14,759 nt of DNA from Phycisphaeraceae bacterium. Lineage in GTDB: Bacteria; Planctomycetota; Phycisphaerae; Phycisphaerales; Zrk34. The stretch is taken from assembly GCA_040905565.1 (NCBI GenBank), contig JBBDRF010000090.1, forward strand, positions 1-14,759, read 5' to 3'. Each line of letters starts with the position of its first letter. Within the stretch, counting starts at the first letter, position 1. Positions 8,350 to 14,759 of this stretch are shown piece by piece. The position numbers and the translations under genes are program-made. The notes below the pieces were generated by a model that saw nothing but the letters and a program-made list of their open reading frames with translations, made no database searches and was not told where the DNA came from.

Positions 8350-8378
8350 AGAATAGGAACACCCGGGAAACGTGTCAA
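8350..8378 (-). promoter_or_regulatory. sigma70-type promoter of the atp operon
   Basis: Minus strand TTGACA (8378-8373), 17-nt spacer, TATTCT (8355-8350), about 74 nt upstream of ATG 8276. Confidence 0.8.
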
Positions 8379-8428
8379 ACGGCCGGCGGCGGATGATGGG
8401 TATGTGGCGACACCGTTTCGTCACAAAC

Positions 8429-8514
8429 AGAGCCGGGCTGTCCCCAGCCCGGGCAGTCCAATCATGCGCCGGTGCTTGAATCCCGCGATAACCGGGCTGG
8501 AACAGCCCGGCTCT
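8429..8514. repeat. REPIN-like inverted pair of palindromes, family D
   Basis: AGAGCCGGGCTGTCCCCAGCCCGG (8429-8452) and the reverse complement of 8492-8514 (AGAGCCGGGCTGTTCCAGCCCGG) are near-identical. Each arm is itself a CCGGGCTG...CAGCCCGG palindrome. Confidence 0.75.
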
Positions 8515-8543
8515 CTCTCGCGCTGCCTTTTGTTTACGCTTTA

Positions 8544-9743
<1,200 letters not shown>

Positions 9744-9885
9744 GTTACGACGTTATCTCCGCTTTCCGAGCGAATCAACCCCAAGGCCCGACGATGGGGA
9801 TTCTCCCCAGCCCCCCCCACCTCGCACACCGGTCCATTATTGTTGATGTTGAATTTTGATTTGAGGAAGGCGATGCGTGGGGGTG

Positions 9886-9998
9886 GGGGTGCCCCGGCCA
9901 GCGAGCGCCGCGAGACGGCCGGGCTTCCTCGGACCTGCGCCGAGATTGGGGCTGATGTCGCCATACCGCCCGGCCGTCTGCGCTGGCCGGGGCACCCC
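9886..9998. repeat. REP/REPIN-like palindromic element, family A, copy 2 (inverted relative to copies 1 and 3)
   Basis: Perfect 18-bp terminal inverted repeats 9886-9903/9981-9998 plus an inner 12-bp inverted repeat 9913-9924/9968-9979; 7 nt downstream of the hydrolase stop. Confidence 0.88.
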
Positions 9999-10005
9999 AG
10001 ATCAG

Positions 10006-10689
10006 CTATCTACCGCTCCCTTCATGCGCCACCTCCGGCGCATGGCGATGGAGAAAATTGTTCACGAGATCGGGGTGCGTCAGGTTGATCATGTGCCGTC
10101 CGCCGGCGATAAATTCGATGCCCGGGCCGGGCTTGGGAGGTTGAAGGATCCAGTCCTTATCACCGTGGATCTGATGGATCGGGGCTGCGATTTCATGCTC
10201 GAAGTGCCACCGGGCGATCGCCCCGCCCGTCCAGCGGAACAGCTCCGGGTCGGCTCCACGCACCGCCCGCGCCAGCAGCGCCCGATGATGCCGATTGAAC
10301 CTCTCACGCCAGGCGAAATGAGCCGCGATGAGCCAGCGCGGCCGCAGCGCCAGCGCCCACATCGGCAGCCGTTGCCCCACGCGTGCCGACGTGCGTATTG
10401 CCCGGGGCACCTGTTGACCGGACCGCGCACTGCCGATCAACAGGACCGCTTCGGGCTCGCAATGCCTCGCCATCTCCAGCGCCACCATGCCCCCGAACGA
10501 GACGCCGCCGAGGTAGAACGGCGGCGTCGTGTCGATCGTCTCCAGCAGCCGCTTCGCATAATCCGCCAGACTTTCGCCGAGACGCGCCGGCACCCACGCC
10601 GGCGTCTCAAGCGTCGGAAAAGCCTGCCGCTGCGGCTCCAGCAACGGCGAACGTGTCCCCATGCCCGGCAACAAAATCAAGCGCGACAT
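10006..10689 (-). CDS. Alpha/beta-fold hydrolase
   Basis: LILLPGMG, nucleophile elbow GVSFG, IHGDKD (Asp), GGRH (His). Start at ATG 10689; the upstream ORF extension translates repeat DNA. Confidence 0.88.
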   Translation of the reverse strand: MSRLILLPGMGTRSPLLEPQRQAFPTLETPAWVPARLGESLADYAKRLLETIDTTPPFYLGGVSFGGMVALEMARHCEPEAVLLIGSARSGQQVPRAIRTSARVGQRLPMWALALRPRWLIAAHFAWRERFNRHHRALLARAVRGADPELFRWTGGAIARWHFEHEIAAPIHQIHGDKDWILQPPKPGPGIEFIAGGRHMINLTHPDLVNNFLHRHAPEVAHEGSGR

Positions 10690-10710
10690 AGCCAAAGCAT
10701 AGCCGCGCGC

Positions 10711-10738
10711 GTGCCACTGGTGGCTTGCCCACCAGTGC
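10711..10738. repeat. REP-like palindrome, family C (single copy in window)
   Basis: GTGC-CACTGGTGG-cttgc-CCACCAGTG-C: perfect 9-bp stem, 5-nt loop. Confidence 0.6.
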
Positions 10739-10778
10739 AGCAGCGGGTGGGCGAGAAATTGTGAGCGAGTGCCGGAAT

Positions 10779-10955
10779 ACGAGCCGCGCCCGTAAGGAAG
10801 CGGTTGTGTCCAAATTGCCTGCGAACGCGACGAGGGGGACAAGCGTGTCGTTGACTGGGGGTAGAGCTTTGCCCGCAGCGATCGTGCAGTTGCGACGCGT
10901 CATCAAGAGGCGCCGCGCTCTCACGCCCAACCGCTTACTCACGTGCGCGGCTCGT
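10779..10955. repeat. REPIN-like inverted pair, family B
   Basis: ACGAGCCGCGCCCGTAAGGAAGCGGTT (10779-10805) matches the reverse complement of 10929-10955 at 24/27; a third copy is at 12850-12875. Confidence 0.8.
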
Positions 10956-11075
10956 TGCGAACGGCGCGCCTCGTCGCACACCCATCGCCCCCTTCGCTGG
11001 ACGAACGCCGTGTTTGCGGTATGGTGCTTTCAAGGCTGCGGCGGGCGCTGCGCCGACCGTTCAAGCGCATGCAGG

Positions 11076-12827
11076 ATGGACCACGTGGGAGAGCCGGCAC
11101 TTCTAGAGAGCATCGGGATCATGATCGTCGCAGCCGCGATGGTCGTGCTGGTCGGTCGCCGCCTGAACGTGCCCAACATCGTCCTCTACATCGTCACAGG
11201 CGTCGTCCTCGGGCCCGTCCTAGGCATCGGCAACATCACCGAAGCCCAACACGCCACGGAAGACGGCCACGGCGGCAGCGCGCTCGGCGTCGTTGCAGAA
11301 GTCGGCATCGCCCTGCTGCTGTTCCTCGTTGGACTCGAGCTGAGCCTGGCGAAGATTCGCGACATCGGCAAGGTGGCCGTCGCTGCGGGTATCGGGCAGG
11401 TCGTCTTCACCGCCGTCATCGGTTTCGCGCTTTCCATGGCCCTGCAGTTCAGCGTCATGGAATCGGTCTTCCTCGCCACAGCCCTGACCTTCAGCTCCAC
11501 CGTCGTGGTCGTGAAACTGCTCGATCAGAAGAAGGAACTGCACGCGCTCTACGGCCGAATCGCCGTCGGCATCTTCCTCGTGCAGGACCTCGTCGTCATC
11601 ATCGTGCTTACCTTCCTCGCGGGCCTCGGCGGAGGTGCAGGCGAGGTGGAAAACGCCGAAGCGGGCTATCAGTGGCTCGACATGGCGTGGGGGCTGACTT
11701 GGGCGTTTGTCGGTATGGGCCTGTTACTCGGTGCCGCCCTGCTCGCCTCGCGCTACCTGCTCGATAAGCCCTTCGCGTGGATGGCCGTTTCGTCCGAAGG
11801 CCTGCTCATCTGGAGTCTGTTCTGGTGCTTCGCTTTCGTCGTCGGGGCCGAGTGGATGGGCTTGTCCCCGGAAATCGGCGCGTTCCTCGCCGGTATGAGC
11901 CTCGCCCAACTCGATGGCAGTCAGGACCTCCGCCGACGCGTGCATCCGCTGATGAACTTCTTCATCGCCATCTTCTTCGTCTCGCTCGGTGCCCAGATGA
12001 GGCCCGCCGACGCGCTGGAGCACTGGCTCGCGGGGCTGGTCCTTTCACTGTTCGTGCTCATCGGCAACCCCTTCATCTTCATGTGGATCATCGCGAAGAG
12101 CGGCTACACCGAACGCACCAGCTTCCTCACCAGCGTTACCGTCGCACAGATCAGCGAGTTCTCCTTCATCTTCGCAGCCGTCGGCCTCAGCGCCGGCCTC
12201 ATCGACGAATCCATCCTCGCGCTCATCACCGTCATCGGGCTGGTCACCATCGGCGTCTCCTCCTACATGATTCTCTACAACCATCAGCTCTACGTCCTCG
12301 TGAAAAAGTGGGGCCTGCTGAGGCTGTTCAAAGCACGCCAGGACAGCGAAGAAAAACCCGCCCCCGTCCTCCGCGGCCACGTCGTCGTCGTCGGCATGAA
12401 CGCCATGGGATGCGACATCGTCCACAAACTCAGCGCACGCGGCGAAACCCTCCTCGCCATCGATACCGACGCCCGCAAACTCAAAGGCCTGCCCAGCCGA
12501 ACCATGATCGGCAGCGTCGACCACATGGCCGTCATCGAAGAAGCCCACATGGCCGACGCCAAGCTCGTCGTTTCCACCTTGCACATCGAGGACACCAACA
12601 ACCTGCTCGCCTACCGCTGCAAGCAGATGGGCGTCCCCGTCGCCATCCATGCCTTCGATCGCTCCGTCGTCTCCGACCTCCGCAGGCTTGGCGTCGACTA
12701 CCAGATCGATCCCAAATCCCGCTGGGTCGAAGACGTCACCACCGCCCTCGAACGCAGCGGCATCAAAGCAGCCGCCCACCCCACCCCCCCGACCGAATCA
12801 GACACCGACGAGGGAGGTGCCTCATGA
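11076..12827 (+). CDS. CPA2-family (KefB/KefC-like) cation:proton antiporter with C-terminal TrkA-N/RCK domain, paralog 1
   Basis: LLLFLVGLEL, FSSTVVVVKLL, FLVQDL, GAFLAG, AQISEFSFI; C-terminal HVVVVGMNAMG...IDTD Rossmann-like domain. Start ATG 11076 is inferred. Confidence 0.92.
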   Translation: MDHVGEPALLESIGIMIVAAAMVVLVGRRLNVPNIVLYIVTGVVLGPVLGIGNITEAQHATEDGHGGSALGVVAEVGIALLLFLVGLELSLAKIRDIGKVAVAAGIGQVVFTAVIGFALSMALQFSVMESVFLATALTFSSTVVVVKLLDQKKELHALYGRIAVGIFLVQDLVVIIVLTFLAGLGGGAGEVENAEAGYQWLDMAWGLTWAFVGMGLLLGAALLASRYLLDKPFAWMAVSSEGLLIWSLFWCFAFVVGAEWMGLSPEIGAFLAGMSLAQLDGSQDLRRRVHPLMNFFIAIFFVSLGAQMRPADALEHWLAGLVLSLFVLIGNPFIFMWIIAKSGYTERTSFLTSVTVAQISEFSFIFAAVGLSAGLIDESILALITVIGLVTIGVSSYMILYNHQLYVLVKKWGLLRLFKARQDSEEKPAPVLRGHVVVVGMNAMGCDIVHKLSARGETLLAIDTDARKLKGLPSRTMIGSVDHMAVIEEAHMADAKLVVSTLHIEDTNNLLAYRCKQMGVPVAIHAFDRSVVSDLRRLGVDYQIDPKSRWVEDVTTALERSGIKAAAHPTPPTESDTDEGGAS

Positions 12828-13057
12828 CCCCCCACGCACAGCCCCAACAACGAGCCGCGACCGTAAGGGAGCGGTCATGCGCTGAAGAGAAGATCAGGTC
12901 CAACCACAGAGGCCCAGAGGAAGAGGAGGCAAAGGCAGGAGAAGAGAAAAACCAAAATCAGAAATCACAAACCAGCCCCCCCCTCTGCCTTTCTCTTCTC
13001 CTCCCCCTCTGTGCCTCTGTGGTTCAACCTCTTTTCGCCGAGGTGAGCCCCGCATGA
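12824..13057 (+). CDS. Possible 77-aa REP-derived bridging ORF (hypothetical)
   Basis: GGAGGT SD before ATG 12824, which overlaps the antiporter-1 stop (ATGA). Its TGA overlaps the antiporter-2 start (ATGA, 13054-13057). The sequence is largely repeat DNA. Confidence 0.3.
   Translation: MTPHAQPQQRAATVRERSCAEEKIRSNHRGPEEEEAKAGEEKNQNQKSQTSPPLCLSLLLPLCASVVQPLFAEVSPA
12850..12875 (+). repeat. REP-like element, family B, copy 3
   Basis: ACGAGCCGCGACCGTAAGGGAGCGGT, 24/26 identical to 10779-10804. Confidence 0.8.
12902..13024. repeat. REPIN-like long hairpin, family E (ACCACAGAGGCACAGAG type)
   Basis: 12902-12920 AACCACAGAGGCCCAGAGG and 13006-13024 CCTCTGTGCCTCTGTGGTT form an 18/19 inverted match. 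Inner GGAGAAGAGAAA / TTTCTCTTCTCC are complementary. Confidence 0.8.
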
Positions 13058-14628
13058 TGATGGTCATGGTCATCCTTCTTGCAGCGGCGGCGGCCATGGG
13101 TCTGGCCCGTGCCCTGAAGCTGCCTTCCGTGCCCCTCGTGTTGATCGCGGGCATCGGTCTTGCCGCGTCGGGTGTCGTCGACGATCCCGCCATGATGCAG
13201 GACGTCCTCGTGCTCGGCCTCACCTTCCTCGTCTTCGCAGCAGGCGTCGAACTCAGCCCCCAGCGCGTCGGCGCCCAGCGCATGGCCGCTGTCAAAGTCG
13301 GCGTCGCGCAGTTCTTCATCGTCGCCGCCGTCGGCGTCCTCGGGGCACGCGGCGTCGGACTCACATGGGTCGAATCGCTCTACGTCGGCCTCGCCGTCAC
13401 CGCCAGCTCTACCCTTGTCGTCGTCCGCCTGCTCCAACAGCGACGCCAGCTCTTCGAGCCCTTCGGCCGCCTCGTGCTCGGCGTCCTCCTGCTCCAGGAC
13501 GTGCTGATCATCGCCCTCATCGCCGCCGTCGGCAGAGTCGACGACGGCCCCATCGCCATCGCCCTCGCCGTCGCCGGCACCATCCTGCTCGTCGGCCTCG
13601 CCTGGCTCGCCGCCCGCTACCTCGTCCCTCGCCTCCTGCTCGGGCAGAACATGGACGAGGAAACCCTGCTGGTGATGGTCCTCGCCATCCTCTTCGCCTT
13701 CGTCGGCGCTTCCCAGTGGATGGGCGTCCCCCTCGTCGCCGGCGCATTCCTCGGCGGCGTCTCCCTCTCAGCCTTCCCGGTCAACGGCGTCGTCCGTGGT
13801 CAGCTCGCGTCACTGAACGACTTCTTCATGGCCGTCTTCTTCGTCACCCTCGGCGCGACGCTCACCTGGCCGGGAATTACACTGCTGCTTGCCGCCGTCG
13901 TCGTCGCCGCGCTGGTGCTCCTCGCCACGCCGCCGCTGGTCTACCTCGTCGCCAGGCGGGCCGGCCTCTCGGCGCGCTCCTCCGTCGAAAGTGGCCTGCT
14001 GCTGGCGCAGACCAGCGAGTTCTCACTGATCATCGCACTCGTCGGCGTCGAACAGAACCAACTGCCCGACACCATGCTCGTCGTCATCGCCATCGTCACC
14101 GTCGCCACCATGATGCTCACCCCCCTCATCGCCACCGATGCCGTCACCTGGCGACTCATGCGATGGATCGGCTGGCGACGCAGGCTCGATGTCACCCATC
14201 CTCCACGCGACCACGTCCTGCTGCTAGGCTGCGGCGAAAACGGCATGAAACTGCTCAAACGCCTCGTCGCGCACGGCCATACCATCGTCGTCGTTGATGA
14301 CGACGCCGGCGTCATCGAACGCGTCGAACAGCTGGGCGTCACCGGCATCCGGGGCGACGGCGCCGACCCCGCCGTCCTCAACGCCGCCGGCGCTAGCCAC
14401 GCCCGCGTCATCGTCTCAACGCTCAGACGCCTGCAGGACAACGAATCGCTGCTCAGCGTTGTCCGCGATGTCCCCGTCTTCGTCCGTGTCTTCGCTCCCG
14501 AAGAAGCCCGCCGACTCGAAGCCGCAGGCGGCAAACCCATGCTTGAATCCGAAGCCGCCACCATCGAGTTCCTCAAGTGGTACGACGCAACCTTCCCCCC
14601 CCAGCATCCCCCGAAGACCAACGCCTGA
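13054..14628 (+). CDS. CPA2-family (KefB/KefC-like) cation:proton antiporter with C-terminal TrkA-N/RCK domain, paralog 2
   Basis: FLVFAAGVEL, ASSTLVVVRLL, LLLQDV, GAFLGG, AQTSEFSLI; RCK-N HVLLLGCGENG...VVDDD...RGDGAD. Confidence 0.92.
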   Translation: MMMVMVILLAAAAAMGLARALKLPSVPLVLIAGIGLAASGVVDDPAMMQDVLVLGLTFLVFAAGVELSPQRVGAQRMAAVKVGVAQFFIVAAVGVLGARGVGLTWVESLYVGLAVTASSTLVVVRLLQQRRQLFEPFGRLVLGVLLLQDVLIIALIAAVGRVDDGPIAIALAVAGTILLVGLAWLAARYLVPRLLLGQNMDEETLLVMVLAILFAFVGASQWMGVPLVAGAFLGGVSLSAFPVNGVVRGQLASLNDFFMAVFFVTLGATLTWPGITLLLAAVVVAALVLLATPPLVYLVARRAGLSARSSVESGLLLAQTSEFSLIIALVGVEQNQLPDTMLVVIAIVTVATMMLTPLIATDAVTWRLMRWIGWRRRLDVTHPPRDHVLLLGCGENGMKLLKRLVAHGHTIVVVDDDAGVIERVEQLGVTGIRGDGADPAVLNAAGASHARVIVSTLRRLQDNESLLSVVRDVPVFVRVFAPEEARRLEAAGGKPMLESEAATIEFLKWYDATFPPQHPPKTNA

Positions 14629-14640
14629 AACGGGTGTTGC

Positions 14641-14733
14641 GCGGGTGCCCCGGCCAGCGAAGACGGCCGGGCGGAAGGGCGGCATCAGTTCCGCGCGCGT
14701 CCGAGAGGCCCGGCCGTCTCTGAGCAACCGGGG
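14641..14733. repeat. REP/REPIN-like palindromic element, family A, copy 3
   Basis: 36 bp identical to 56-91; inner inverted repeat AGACGGCCGGGC (14661-14672) / GCCCGGCCGTCT (14708-14719); 12 nt after the antiporter-2 stop. Confidence 0.85.
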
Positions 14734-14759
14734 ACATGGTTAACACTTTTTACCGGGTA

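Noticed and set aside
9795..9809. Small hairpin TGGGGA-ttc-TCCCCA upstream of galK
   Set aside because: A 6-bp stem with no U-tract and no second copy; compatible with chance.
10711..10955. Palindromic repeats as a possible CRISPR mini-array or attC sites
   Set aside because: Copies are inverted or dispersed rather than regularly spaced direct repeats; no cas or integron integrase gene is in the window.
10725..11075. 117-aa N-terminal extension of antiporter 1 in the ORF track (and the 51-aa extension of the hydrolase)
   Set aside because: Both translate REP-containing intergenic DNA; family-like sequence begins at the downstream ATGs.

Overview
GC-rich bacterial housekeeping region. Gene style and repeat types suggest Planctomycetota, possibly Phycisphaerae-like (inference only). 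It holds rdgB(-), divergent fpr(+) and riboflavin synthase(+), a TrmH/SpoU methyltransferase(-), and a partial F-type ATP synthase operon on the minus strand (atpZ-like, atpI, atpB, atpE, atpF, atpH, atpA). That operon has a near-consensus sigma70 promoter and a terminator-like hairpin after atpA; atpG/atpD/atpC are absent from the window. Next come an orphan galK(-), an alpha/beta hydrolase(-) and two tandem CPA2/KefC-like cation:proton antiporters with RCK-N domains(+). I see no transposase, integrase, CRISPR array or RNA gene, and no clearly new multi-gene system. The unusual signals are finer-scale: (i) about five distinct REP/REPIN-like palindrome families in the intergenic spaces; (ii) a REP-derived 77-codon ORF that bridges the two antiporters through two ATGA overlaps; (iii) substitutions at normally conserved half-channel positions of ATP synthase subunit a; (iv) TANNNT-N6-ATG leaderless-type signatures before three genes.
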